In this document: positions 44,576-53,934 of the stretch, one piece after another | Numbering within the stretch: the stretch's first letter is position 1 | Layout of the letters: each line of letters begins with the position of its first letter | Origin: an uncultured Clostridia bacterium | GTDB lineage: Bacteria; Bacillota; Clostridia; Oscillospirales; Ruminococcaceae | DNA: 64,000 nt | Reading direction: 5' to 3' | Assembly: GCA_946545645.1 (NCBI GenBank) | Contig: CAMNNQ010000161.1 | Span: 4,876-68,875, forward strand | Position numbers and translations under genes: made by a program | Notes under the pieces: model-generated | What the model saw: only the letters and a program-made list of their open reading frames with translations | What the model was told of the DNA's origin: nothing | Database searches by the model: none

Positions 44576-46246
44576 ATGCTCAAAGAACTCTATATTGAAA
44601 ATCTTGCAGTTATAGAAAGATCAAGCATATCTTTTTCAGGCGGTCTGAATGTATTTACAGGTGAGACAGGTGCCGGAAAATCGATCCTGATAAACGGGAT
44701 AAATGCTATACTCGGCCAGCGGGTAACAAAAGATATCGTCAGGACAGGGTCTGATAAGGCTGTCATATCTGCAATGTTCACTGATCTCGGAGAAGATATC
44801 ATCCAAAAGCTAAATGAGCTTGGTATATCCTGCGAGGACGGGCAGTTATTTCTGTCCAGGGAGATAAGGTCAGACGGAGGCAGCCTCGCCAGAGTCAATT
44901 CCCGCAGCGTCAATGTATCTGCACTTCGTGAACTCGGAGATCTGCTTGTAAATATCCATGGCCAGCACGACAGCCAGATACTGATGTCTCCTGAAAAGCA
45001 TATACATATCCTTGACAGTTTTGCTGATGCCCAGCCGATGATTGAGGATTATCAGGCATCTTTTAAGGAACTTCAAAGTATTGCCAAGCGAATAAGCAAG
45101 CTGAAACAGGAGTCAGAAAGAGCAAAGCTGAGACAGTCTCAGCTCGCTGAAATAGTTGAAGAGATCGAATCTCTGAAGGTCTCTGAAGGAGAGGACGAAA
45201 AGATAAAGCAGGAGCTTGATATCTCTAAGAATGCGGTCGTCCTTTCGGAAGCTATGTTTTCTGCTTTACAAGTCCTTAGCGGAGACGACGATGTCAGCGG
45301 AGCGATCGAGCATATCGCAGGAGCAAGAGAAAAACTCTCGCGCTATACTGAAATATATCCTCAGCTCTCTGAACTTGTCGAAAGGATCTCTTCTGCTGAG
45401 ATCGAGCTTGAAGATATCGCTTCTGAGCTTTCTTCAAAGATGGATAGTCTCAATGTTGATCCAAAACGCTATGATTACCTCAATGATCGTTTTGACGAGC
45501 TTAGAAGGATCAAGAAAAAATATGGGCCGGAGATGGATGATGTTTTTTCAACCCTCGAAGCTTCAAAAAAAGAGCTTGACATTATCTCTACCTCTGATTC
45601 CAAACTGGCAGAGCTCAATGAAAAGAAAAATGAGCTTCTGTCCGTAGTTTCAAAGAAAGCTAAGGCCCTCTCGGAATTCAGAACAAAAGCAGCCAAGAAG
45701 TTTATAAATGAAGTCACCGCCGAGTTGGAATTTCTTAATATGCCTAATGTTAAACTGGAAGTCGCTCAGACAGCAGGGAAACTGACAGTCAACGGAATGG
45801 ATAATATCGAATTTCTTATTTCCGCCAATCTCGGCGAAGAGCCTAAGCCTATCGCAAAGATCGCTTCCGGCGGCGAGCTTTCAAGGATAATGCTGGCGCT
45901 AAAAAATGTTATTGCAGATAAAGATTCTATCCCGACGCTGATCTTTGATGAGATCGACACTGGTGTCAGCGGAAGGGCGGCTTTGAAGATCGGCAAAAAG
46001 CTGAAACAGATATCCGGACTCCGCCAGGTATTGTGTGTAACTCATCTGGCTCAGATAGCTGTTATGGCCGAAAATCATATTCTTATTGAGAAGAACACTG
46101 TCTCCGGCAGGACTGTCACAACTGTTACACCTTTGCCTGCTGACAGACGTAAGTACGAGATAGCAAGAATCATGAGCGGCGAGGAGCCAACAGAATTGAT
46201 GCTTGAGAATGCCCAATCGCTGATTGATAATGCTAATATTGACTAA
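44576..46246 (+). CDS. recN: DNA repair protein RecN
   Basis: TGETGAGKS, IHGQH, ASGGELSR, FDEIDTGVSG, THLAQIA. Confidence 0.98.
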   Translation: MLKELYIENLAVIERSSISFSGGLNVFTGETGAGKSILINGINAILGQRVTKDIVRTGSDKAVISAMFTDLGEDIIQKLNELGISCEDGQLFLSREIRSDGGSLARVNSRSVNVSALRELGDLLVNIHGQHDSQILMSPEKHIHILDSFADAQPMIEDYQASFKELQSIAKRISKLKQESERAKLRQSQLAEIVEEIESLKVSEGEDEKIKQELDISKNAVVLSEAMFSALQVLSGDDDVSGAIEHIAGAREKLSRYTEIYPQLSELVERISSAEIELEDIASELSSKMDSLNVDPKRYDYLNDRFDELRRIKKKYGPEMDDVFSTLEASKKELDIISTSDSKLAELNEKKNELLSVVSKKAKALSEFRTKAAKKFINEVTAELEFLNMPNVKLEVAQTAGKLTVNGMDNIEFLISANLGEEPKPIAKIASGGELSRIMLALKNVIADKDSIPTLIFDEIDTGVSGRAALKIGKKLKQISGLRQVLCVTHLAQIAVMAENHILIEKNTVSGRTVTTVTPLPADRRKYEIARIMSGEEPTELMLENAQSLIDNANID

Positions 46247-46267
46247 TCCGTAAAAATCTGTTATAAT
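46239..46267 (+). promoter_or_regulatory. sigma-A promoter of the thyX operon, overlapping the recN stop
   Basis: TTGACT-N17-TATAAT with extended TG. Confidence 0.75.
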
Positions 46268-46288
46268 AAATATTTGGGAGGATTTCCA

Positions 46289-47062
46289 ATGAAAGTTATT
46301 CTGATCTCTCATACTCCTGATCCGGAGAGAGTTATCGCAACTGCTGCGAAATTATGCTATTCATCCAGCGATATTACCTCGCTCAGAGACGGATTGACTG
46401 ACGATAAAGTTGCCGATTTTGTTGAAATGCTCGCTTCTATAGGGCATGAGAGCGTTATGGAACACGTTTCTTTTACCTTCGGCATCGAGGGGATATCCAG
46501 AGCTTGTTCGCATCAGCTCGTCCGTCACCGCATCGCTTCTTATTCACAGAAGAGCCAGCGCTATGTCAATGAGAACGGTTTTGAATTCATTACCCCTCCT
46601 GAGATAGAGTCTGTCCCGGAAGCAAAAGCGTTTTTTGAGGAAGAGATGCAAAGGATAACAGAGTCTTATGACAAGCTGGCAGATATCCTTACCGAGAAGC
46701 ACAAGGAGCGTTTTGTTTCCGAAGGTATGGACGAAAAAGCAGCCGCTTCCAAAGCACGCAAGCTTGCAAATGAGGATGCCCGCTTTATCCTTCCGAACGC
46801 CTGTGAGACTAAAATTGTTGTTACTATGAATGTAAGGAGCCTTTTCAATTTCTTCAAGCATCGCTGCTGCAACCGTGCACAGTGGGAAATAAGGGCAGTT
46901 GCAGACGAAATGCTCAGATTATGCTATTCCGCAGCACCTAATGTTTTTAAAAATGCAGGCCCTAGCTGCGTTATGACCGGCAGATGTCCTGAAGGAAAGA
47001 TGACCTGCGGTAAGATCGCTGAGATCAAAGATAAATACAAGGAGCTTAAAAATGAACGGTAA
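46289..47062 (+). CDS. thyX: FAD-dependent thymidylate synthase
   Basis: GHESVMEH, SHQLVRHRIASYSQKSQRY (RHRx7S), EDAR, RAQWEIR. Confidence 0.97.
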   Translation: MKVILISHTPDPERVIATAAKLCYSSSDITSLRDGLTDDKVADFVEMLASIGHESVMEHVSFTFGIEGISRACSHQLVRHRIASYSQKSQRYVNENGFEFITPPEIESVPEAKAFFEEEMQRITESYDKLADILTEKHKERFVSEGMDEKAAASKARKLANEDARFILPNACETKIVVTMNVRSLFNFFKHRCCNRAQWEIRAVADEMLRLCYSAAPNVFKNAGPSCVMTGRCPEGKMTCGKIAEIKDKYKELKNER

Positions 47063-47732
47063 ACTCATTGTGCTCGAAGGGCTGGACGGCAGCGGTAAAA
47101 CTACACAGTTTGAAAAGATAGACAAGCTGCTTTATGCAAAGTCCATAGATCATAAAGCGATCAGTTTCCCGGATTATGACCAGCCTTCATCAGAACTTGT
47201 AAGGATGTATCTGGCCGGAGAGATCCTTCAGGATCCTAAGGCTGTAAATGCTTTTGCTGCATCGAGCTTTTATGCTGTTGACAGATATGTCAGCTTCAAA
47301 AAATTCTGGGAAGAGGATTATAACAACGGCAAACTTATATTTGCAGCAAGATATGTGACCTCAAATATGATCTATCAGATGGTTAAGCTCCCAGAGGAAG
47401 AATGGCGCTCCTATATCGAATGGCTCAGCGATTATGAATATGATAAGCTGGGTCTTCCAAAACCTGATCTTGTTATCTTTATGGATATGCCTGTTGATAT
47501 TTCGCAGCAACTCCTGAGCAAAAGGTATACCGGGACAGACAGGAAGAAAGATATACATGAAGCAAATGTTTCGTTTCTTCACGATTGCAGGAAAGCTGCC
47601 TTTTTTGCTGCAAAAGAGCTTGGTTGGAAGATCGTTTCCTGTGCGGAAGACGGAAGAGCCAGAAGAGTTGACAGTATTACGACTCAATTGCTCGATATCA
47701 TAGATAACGCATTAGTGGAAGAGGTGCTTTAA
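47052..47732 (+). CDS. tmk: Thymidylate (dTMP) kinase
   Basis: LEGLDGSGKTT, ISFPDY, YAVDR, ARYVTSN, PDLVIF, DIHE. Confidence 0.9.
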   Translation: MNGKLIVLEGLDGSGKTTQFEKIDKLLYAKSIDHKAISFPDYDQPSSELVRMYLAGEILQDPKAVNAFAASSFYAVDRYVSFKKFWEEDYNNGKLIFAARYVTSNMIYQMVKLPEEEWRSYIEWLSDYEYDKLGLPKPDLVIFMDMPVDISQQLLSKRYTGTDRKKDIHEANVSFLHDCRKAAFFAAKELGWKIVSCAEDGRARRVDSITTQLLDIIDNALVEEVL

Positions 47733-47733
47733 A

Positions 47734-48276
47734 ATGGTATATGTTTTTCTTGCCGAAGGTTTTGAGATAGTCGAAGCGCTTGCACCGGTAGATATAATGA
47801 CAAGAGCCGGTCTTAAAGTCATAACAGTAGGTGTCACAGGAAAAACTGTTGTTTCTTCCTGCGGAGTGCCTGTTATCGCTGATATTGAGATAGGCGATCT
47901 CGTACTTGATGATAAGGCAGAGCTGATAGTCCTGCCCGGAGGTATGCCCGGAACAAAGAATCTTGAAGCCAGCAGCGCTGTGCAAAATGCCATAGATTAC
48001 TGTGTTGAGCATGACATATTTGTTTCTGCAATATGTGCAGCTCCCAGTATTCTGGCACATAAAGGTCTCCTGGACGGCAAACGTGCTACCTGTTTTCCAA
48101 GCTTTGCCACCGAACTTAATAATGCTGTCCAGACCGGTGAGCAGGCTGTAAGAGACGGGAAGTTCATTACAGGTAAAGGTGCCGGAGCTGCTTTCGATTT
48201 TGGATTTGAGCTTGTTACTGCCCTTTGCGGCTCTGATATAGCAAAAGAAGTCGCAGCCAAGATGCAATGCAGATGA
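47734..48276 (+). CDS. DJ-1/PfpI (YajL/ThiJ) family protein
   Basis: GFEIVEA, LPGGMPG, AICAAP (catalytic Cys), ITGKGAG. Confidence 0.95.
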   Translation: MVYVFLAEGFEIVEALAPVDIMTRAGLKVITVGVTGKTVVSSCGVPVIADIEIGDLVLDDKAELIVLPGGMPGTKNLEASSAVQNAIDYCVEHDIFVSAICAAPSILAHKGLLDGKRATCFPSFATELNNAVQTGEQAVRDGKFITGKGAGAAFDFGFELVTALCGSDIAKEVAAKMQCR

Positions 48277-48851
48277 CTTTTAAGCAGCAGCTCAGAAAAG
48301 AGCTTATAGAAGAAAGAAAAGCGCTCGATACTGTGTTTCGTTTGAATGCAGATAAAGCTATTGCCGATACTCTTTTTCTTTCAGAAGAATACAGATCATG
48401 CCGGGAAATACTTATCTTTATTTCCGGGACGATCGAAGTCGGTACACTGCAGATAATAGAAAAGGCACTTAACGACGGCAAGGCAGTATGCTGTCCTCGA
48501 TGTATTAAAGGCTCTAATGATATGGATTTTTATCGTATTTCGTCATTGAATGATACCGAGCCGGGATATATGGGCATCCCCGAACCAAAGATTTTTTGCC
48601 CGCCGGCAGTTGCTGACGAAGGATCGCTCTGCATCGTTCCGGCTCTGGGATATGACAGCAGGGGATACCGTATCGGCTTCGGAAAAGGGTTTTACGATAA
48701 ATATCTCAGCCGTTTTCCCGGCCTGGCTGCCGGTATATGCTATGATTCTTTTATCCTTGCAGATGTTATACCGGAGAGCCATGATAAGCCAGTTGATATG
48801 ATAATAACGGAGTGCAAGACCGTTTATATAAACCACTTAGGAGAGGAATGA
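48273..48851 (+). CDS. 5-formyltetrahydrofolate cyclo-ligase
   Basis: KQQLRK, EVGT, GIPEP, VPALGYDSRGYRIGFGKGFYD, HDKPVD; ATGA overlap with the DJ-1 stop. Confidence 0.93.
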   Translation: MTFKQQLRKELIEERKALDTVFRLNADKAIADTLFLSEEYRSCREILIFISGTIEVGTLQIIEKALNDGKAVCCPRCIKGSNDMDFYRISSLNDTEPGYMGIPEPKIFCPPAVADEGSLCIVPALGYDSRGYRIGFGKGFYDKYLSRFPGLAAGICYDSFILADVIPESHDKPVDMIITECKTVYINHLGEE

Positions 48852-48858
48852 AAACCGA

Positions 48859-50529
48859 ATGGATGAGAAGGATATAACCTTCGGTGAAACAAATAATTCA
48901 TCCGATGATAACAAGGCTCAGAATGAAGCCTTTGATCTTAGTTTTTCTGATAAAACTGCCATTAGTGAGTCAAGAGCAGAAAGAGAAGATGACCTAATTA
49001 CAGACAGTTATTCCGATTCAGTTGAAGATACAGCCGAATCGCTTGATGGCTATGAATCAGAACATCAGGATGAGATCATTGAAGTCGAAGAAGCTGAGGC
49101 CGAGGAATACGAAAATGAAGTTTCCGAAGAGCTGGAAGGCTTTGATACCGATGATACAGTAGAGACTCTTGATGCTGTTTCGGATTCTGATGCTGAAGAG
49201 GTAACAGATGAGGACCTGTCCGAAGAATATATGGATGATGTCCCTGCTGTTATCTCTGAAGAAGGTTATGAAGATGATGCTGATGATAAAGCATCTGATG
49301 AGCCCGGCGACATTGACAACGAGTATGGTGAGGCCGAAGACAGCGACGAGTCTGACGGATATAATGATGAAGAATACGATGAAGACTATGATGATGAATA
49401 CGAGGAAGAGGATGTTCCCCGCAAACGTAATCAGTTTCGCAGGCCTTCAAAGAAAAAGAAACACAAGAGAGCTCAGTCCAAGGTAAACAATTCTATCTTC
49501 GGCGGGCTTATCCTGGTTTCGATAATACTTACTGTATCTATAATCCTTGCTATAACAGGCGTTAAACTTGGTTTTGAATACCTTGGAGCAGGGAAGAGCG
49601 AAGAGGATGTTACATTTAATATCCCGCAGGATGCAAATCCCGACCAGATCGCTGATATACTTATAGCCAATGATATCATCGAGAACAAAACGCTGTTCAA
49701 ATTAGCTATGAAAATGCAGCATTCTCCCACATTGTTCCCAGGAGACGTTACTCTCAATCCTGCTATGGGATATGCTAAAGTTATTGAGACTCTCAGCGTT
49801 CAGCGAGATGTCAGACAGACAGTTAAGATTACATTCAAGGAAGGCATCACTCTTCTTGAAGCCGCTAAGCTCCTTAAAGAAAACAAGGTCTGTGAAAATG
49901 AGCAGGATTTCATTTTCAACTTCAATAAGCTCCAGGATTTCCCATTTGAGACAATGATCAATACCAATGCAGATACCTTCTATAAAATGGAGGGATATTT
50001 CTTCCCCGATACGTATGAATTCTATATCGGTGATACCGGCTATAATATTACTAGAGTTATACGCTCGAACTTTGCAAACAAGTTTGATTCAAGTATGCAG
50101 CAAAAGATGAAAGCCAGAAACCTCACTCTCGATCAGGTCATGATCCTCGCTTCTATGGTGCAGTGGGAGGCGAATTCTGCTGCTGATATGCCGAAGGTAG
50201 CTTCTGTATTCCTTAATCGTCTTGCTCAGCCGGATCGATATCCGAAACTGCAATCCGATGCGACGGGAAATTATCTGACAAAGGTTATAAATGTTGTCGG
50301 AGATTCTGCCAGCAAGGAACACTATAAGGAGCTTTATGATACCTATATCTGCGACGGATTGCCTGTAGGCCCCGTCTGCAATCCCGGGCTTGATGCTATC
50401 AAGGCTGTGCTCGATCCTGCTAATACAAACTACTATTATTTCTGTAACGATCTCAGGACAGGAGAGAGCTTCTTTGCAGAGACCTATGAAGAGCACGAAA
50501 AGAATCTTGTCAAGGCAGGTCTTAAATAA
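48859..50529 (+). CDS. mltG: Endolytic transglycosylase MltG with a long acidic cytoplasmic N-terminus
   Basis: TM helix then YceG domain: EGYFFPDTY, ASMVQWEA (catalytic Glu), NRL, LQSDAT, YDTY..GLPVGPVCNPG, YYYF. Confidence 0.95.
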   Translation: MDEKDITFGETNNSSDDNKAQNEAFDLSFSDKTAISESRAEREDDLITDSYSDSVEDTAESLDGYESEHQDEIIEVEEAEAEEYENEVSEELEGFDTDDTVETLDAVSDSDAEEVTDEDLSEEYMDDVPAVISEEGYEDDADDKASDEPGDIDNEYGEAEDSDESDGYNDEEYDEDYDDEYEEEDVPRKRNQFRRPSKKKKHKRAQSKVNNSIFGGLILVSIILTVSIILAITGVKLGFEYLGAGKSEEDVTFNIPQDANPDQIADILIANDIIENKTLFKLAMKMQHSPTLFPGDVTLNPAMGYAKVIETLSVQRDVRQTVKITFKEGITLLEAAKLLKENKVCENEQDFIFNFNKLQDFPFETMINTNADTFYKMEGYFFPDTYEFYIGDTGYNITRVIRSNFANKFDSSMQQKMKARNLTLDQVMILASMVQWEANSAADMPKVASVFLNRLAQPDRYPKLQSDATGNYLTKVINVVGDSASKEHYKELYDTYICDGLPVGPVCNPGLDAIKAVLDPANTNYYYFCNDLRTGESFFAETYEEHEKNLVKAGLK

Positions 50530-51755
50530 TGATCAACAGAGCTTTGCCTGAAGTGCTTTCCCCGGTGGGGGATATGGAAAGGCTTTATGCTGCACTGGAT
50601 TATGGTGCCGACGCAGTATATCTCGGCGGCACCATGTTCGGAATGCGTGCACAATCTGCTAAATTTGATGCTGAATCGCTCAAGACTGCTGCTGATGAAG
50701 TCCATTCAAGAGGGAAGAGAATATATCTTACCTGTAACACACTCCCGAGGAACAATGAGATCCCGGAGCTTGAAGGCTTTATCCGGAATGCCTGTGATGC
50801 CGGAGTCGATGCGCTTATAACAACTGATATCGGTGTTTTTATGATGATTCGCCGTATGGCGCCGGACATGGAGATCCATGTATCGACACAGGCCGGGATC
50901 GTGAATTATGCCGCTGCCAGGCAGTTCTATGAGATGGGCGCAAAGAGGGTAGTCCTTGCAAGGGAGCTCTCGCTGGAAGAAATCGCTGAGATCAGAGCCA
51001 AGACTCCGAAAGATCTTGAGATCGAAGTGTTTGTTCACGGGGCAATGTGCATGAGTTTTTCCGGAAGGTGTCTGATCTCACAGTATCTTATAGATCGAGA
51101 CCCAAACAGAGGTCAGTGCGCACAGCCTTGCCGCTGGAATTATGCGCTTGTCGAAGAGAAACGTCCCGGTGAGTATTATCCCGTTATCGAGGAAGAAAAG
51201 GGAAGCTTTATTCTTAACGCCAAAGATCTCTGCATGATCGAACATATCGACAAGCTTGCCGAAGCAGGTGTGAACAGTTTTAAGATCGAAGGTCGGGCTA
51301 AATCAACATACTATGTTTCTGTTATAACAAACGCTTATCGTATGGCTATGGATATTTACCTTAAAGACCCTAAGAATTATTCTCTCCCGAAATGGATAAG
51401 CGATGAGGTCTTTAAAGTAAGCCACAGACCTTACTGCACCGGTTTTTTCTTTGGTTCTCCGAAAAACTGTCAGTATTACGAAGACAGTGGTTATATCAGA
51501 GATTATGATGTTGCAGCTATCGTTCGCTTTTGTAAAGACGGACGTATCTATGCCTCACAGCGCAACAAGTTTTATGCCGGGGATACGCTTGAAGCACTTA
51601 TTCCCGGACAAGAGCCTGTCGAATTTGTTGCAGATAAGCTATTTGATGAATTTGGCCAACCTATCGAGACGGCAAACCGTGCAACGATGGATCTTTCGAT
51701 AGGATCAGATCTCATTCTTCCTGCCAATACTATGCTGAGGATCAGAAAAAAATAG
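50529..51755 (+). CDS. U32 peptidase-family Fe-S protein (TrhP/YrrO-like, tRNA hydroxylation)
   Basis: GADAVYLGG, HVSTQ, RVVLARELS, CMSFSGRC-x15-CAQPC (Cx6Cx15Cx3C), KIEGR. Confidence 0.92.
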   Translation: MINRALPEVLSPVGDMERLYAALDYGADAVYLGGTMFGMRAQSAKFDAESLKTAADEVHSRGKRIYLTCNTLPRNNEIPELEGFIRNACDAGVDALITTDIGVFMMIRRMAPDMEIHVSTQAGIVNYAAARQFYEMGAKRVVLARELSLEEIAEIRAKTPKDLEIEVFVHGAMCMSFSGRCLISQYLIDRDPNRGQCAQPCRWNYALVEEKRPGEYYPVIEEEKGSFILNAKDLCMIEHIDKLAEAGVNSFKIEGRAKSTYYVSVITNAYRMAMDIYLKDPKNYSLPKWISDEVFKVSHRPYCTGFFFGSPKNCQYYEDSGYIRDYDVAAIVRFCKDGRIYASQRNKFYAGDTLEALIPGQEPVEFVADKLFDEFGQPIETANRATMDLSIGSDLILPANTMLRIRKK

Positions 51756-51763
51756 TAGAAATG

Positions 51764-51808
51764 AAAAAACAGCTCTTCCCGGCTTTTTGGGCAGGAAGAG
51801 CTGTTTTT
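51764..51808. terminator. Bidirectional intrinsic terminator
   Basis: AAAAACAGCTCTTCC / GGAAGAGCTGTTTTT 15-bp inverted repeat between convergent genes. Confidence 0.88.
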
Positions 51809-52811
51809 ATTTTCCTTTATCTTTCTTGTTTTCAGGAGCTTTGACATTTGCCAAAGGGTTAGATTCGGCAGCTCGTTTCAGGTTTTCATTTGAGAGATGA
51901 GTATAGATCTCAGTAGTCCCGACGCTCTTATGTCCGAGCTGCTCTTTCAGGACAAGTGTATCAACACCGCCATACTGATACATAAGTGTCGCGGCAGTGT
52001 GCCTTAACTTATGTGTTGTGATGCCTGTATTTGAGAGACCGGCGCGTGCAAGGCTTTCTTCGACAATCTGCTGGACACGCCGTTTATTGATCCTTGTTTT
52101 GTTTGCGGAGAGGAAGATTGCGTTTTTGTCCACCGCTGTTTCATTTGGCCTTCCGTTATGGATATAATCTTCCAGAGCTTCGATGCAGGCATCGTTCAGA
52201 TAGATGATACGTTCTTTACTGCCTTTTCCGAAAAGCCTGAGTGTACGGTTATCCTTGCTGTAATCGCCAAGATCAAGTGCGACAAGTTCACTGAGTCGCA
52301 TACCGCAATTGAGGAAAAGAAGTATAATACAGTAATCGCGGTTGCGATTCTTTGAATCAATGCTTTCCAACAGCTTACGACTGTCCTCCAGAGATAGATA
52401 TTTCGGCAGTTTGTTCTTGACAGTAGGAAGCTCCAGCTCTGTCATCGGGTCAGAATCGATGAGTTTGGCTTTCTTATGCAGATAGATATAAAACTGTTTC
52501 AGCGCTGAGCATTTCCTGGCTCTGGTAGCTGTTTCGTTACCGCGTTTATCCTTTAAAAATCTAAGATATACATGAGCATCATTTATATTAAAGTTCTCAA
52601 TATACTCTAAGGGGACATCTGCAATAGTGATGTCTTTCCAGTCTGTCCCTTCCGGGACAACCCTGTGTTTGACTTTCAGATAGCGCAGAAATGTTCTGAT
52701 ATCTATATAATATGCTTCTTCTGTACGGTCTGCGCGGTTTCGGATAATTCTCATATTTGTCAAAAAGTCTTCGAGATAATAAGGGCAGTCGTCATAGTAT
52801 TCCTGCTTCAT
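51807..52811 (-). CDS. xerC: Tyrosine recombinase, XerC/XerS-like
   Basis: TRARKCSALK, GMRLSEL, GKGSKER, HKLRHTAAT, LGHKSVGTTEIYTH: full R-K-H-R-H-Y catalytic set; start MKQEYY after GGGGTGA. Confidence 0.85.
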   Translation of the reverse strand: MKQEYYDDCPYYLEDFLTNMRIIRNRADRTEEAYYIDIRTFLRYLKVKHRVVPEGTDWKDITIADVPLEYIENFNINDAHVYLRFLKDKRGNETATRARKCSALKQFYIYLHKKAKLIDSDPMTELELPTVKNKLPKYLSLEDSRKLLESIDSKNRNRDYCIILLFLNCGMRLSELVALDLGDYSKDNRTLRLFGKGSKERIIYLNDACIEALEDYIHNGRPNETAVDKNAIFLSANKTRINKRRVQQIVEESLARAGLSNTGITTHKLRHTAATLMYQYGGVDTLVLKEQLGHKSVGTTEIYTHLSNENLKRAAESNPLANVKAPENKKDKGK

Positions 52812-52834
52812 AGATTTCACCCCACTATACATTT

Positions 52835-52895
52835 ATTATAGTATATCGGCAGGACAAAGTCAAGTGTTGACTTGATATAGATCACGTGATATAAT
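52835..52895. promoter_or_regulatory. Symmetric back-to-back sigma-A promoters
   Basis: ATTATA-N17-AGTCAA-GTG-TTGACT-N17-TATAAT, i.e. TTGACT-N17-TATAAT on both strands. Confidence 0.8.
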
Positions 52896-52916
52896 GAAGG
52901 AAAGGGAGGTCTTGTA

Positions 52917-53855
52917 ATGAAAATAGCTGCTGTTATCCAAGTGCTTTGCTGCATTATTCTGCTTGCAGCGTGCTCAGACTCCGACAGTTCTTCCGGGGGC
53001 CTTGCCATTGAAGATATAAAGGATCGGGATATCAAGATCGAGAGAGTAAGAGGTATCAGAGACTGCAACGAGATAGCCGAACTTGCTTTTAACACTTTGA
53101 CCGATGTAATTGCAAATATGATACTTGAAGGAAACAAGGATCAGATACCGACAGGCGCGATCTCGGAAATCAAGATATCAAAGCTCTCCGGCGATAAACT
53201 TCAGGAAACTGTAAAACTCGCACTGGAGCAAAACAGAATAGATTCCGGCAGTATCCGCTGGAACATCAGCAAGGAGACTTATAAGCCTACTTATGTTATC
53301 TATAAATCCGATAGTCCGCAGTATGAGGGAAGATGTCCGGAGCCGATGCCTTATGGGATCGATGAAGATGAGGCTAAGATCATCCTTGAATCAATATCCG
53401 GGAATTCATTCACAGATCTGAAGCTGGGCTCCGGAACAGGTACGGATGACAGCGCCGAAAGAGAGTTAACAAAGACGGAAAGGCTTGCTTTGCTAAACAA
53501 AAACGCTAAGCTTTTGTTTGATATCGCCCAAGGGGTATCCGACAGTTATGTTAATATGGGTAATGCAGACCTTATACAAGAAGAGTATATGCTGTTTCGC
53601 TCAACCAACTATGGCAATCCGATACCAAAAGAGATAATCAACAAATGCAGAGCGGAGATCGAAGAACCCCGCGGCGACGGATTGATCTATATTCGGTTTG
53701 ACTCCATAACGCATAAACCGATACTGGCGCAATGGACTTGTAATAACGAGCCTCACATGGTCGGTCAGTATCCAGACCCGATCGAAGATATAGACCGGGA
53801 AACTGATATAATAGGCAAAAAAAACGAGCCGATATATGACATATCCGAAAAATAA
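52917..53855 (+). CDS. Hypothetical lipoprotein with two internally repeated domains
   Basis: RBS GGAGGT, lipobox LAAC, Ser linker, two ~100-aa repeats ending G-x-x-P-[DE]-P. Confidence 0.85.
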   Translation: MKIAAVIQVLCCIILLAACSDSDSSSGGLAIEDIKDRDIKIERVRGIRDCNEIAELAFNTLTDVIANMILEGNKDQIPTGAISEIKISKLSGDKLQETVKLALEQNRIDSGSIRWNISKETYKPTYVIYKSDSPQYEGRCPEPMPYGIDEDEAKIILESISGNSFTDLKLGSGTGTDDSAERELTKTERLALLNKNAKLLFDIAQGVSDSYVNMGNADLIQEEYMLFRSTNYGNPIPKEIINKCRAEIEEPRGDGLIYIRFDSITHKPILAQWTCNNEPHMVGQYPDPIEDIDRETDIIGKKNEPIYDISEK

Positions 53856-53880
53856 CAGCCAAGAGCAACGTGTAGTTATA

Positions 53881-53917
53881 CATAAAGGGTATCCTCATAA
53901 AGCGGATACCCTTTATG
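53881..53917. terminator. Hairpin between convergent genes
   Basis: 14-bp stem CATAAAGGGTATCC / GGATACCCTTTATG. Confidence 0.75.
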
Positions 53918-53934
53918 CGCAGAAGCGCCTGATT

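Noticed and set aside
44102-46246. ARG boxes or LexA boxes controlling argR-recN
   Set aside because: No convincing match to either consensus in the short intergenic gaps.
51807-52811. Recombinase as a prophage or ICE integrase
   Set aside because: No phage, conjugation, excisionase or tRNA att site nearby; the sequence resembles the chromosomal clostridial Xer type.
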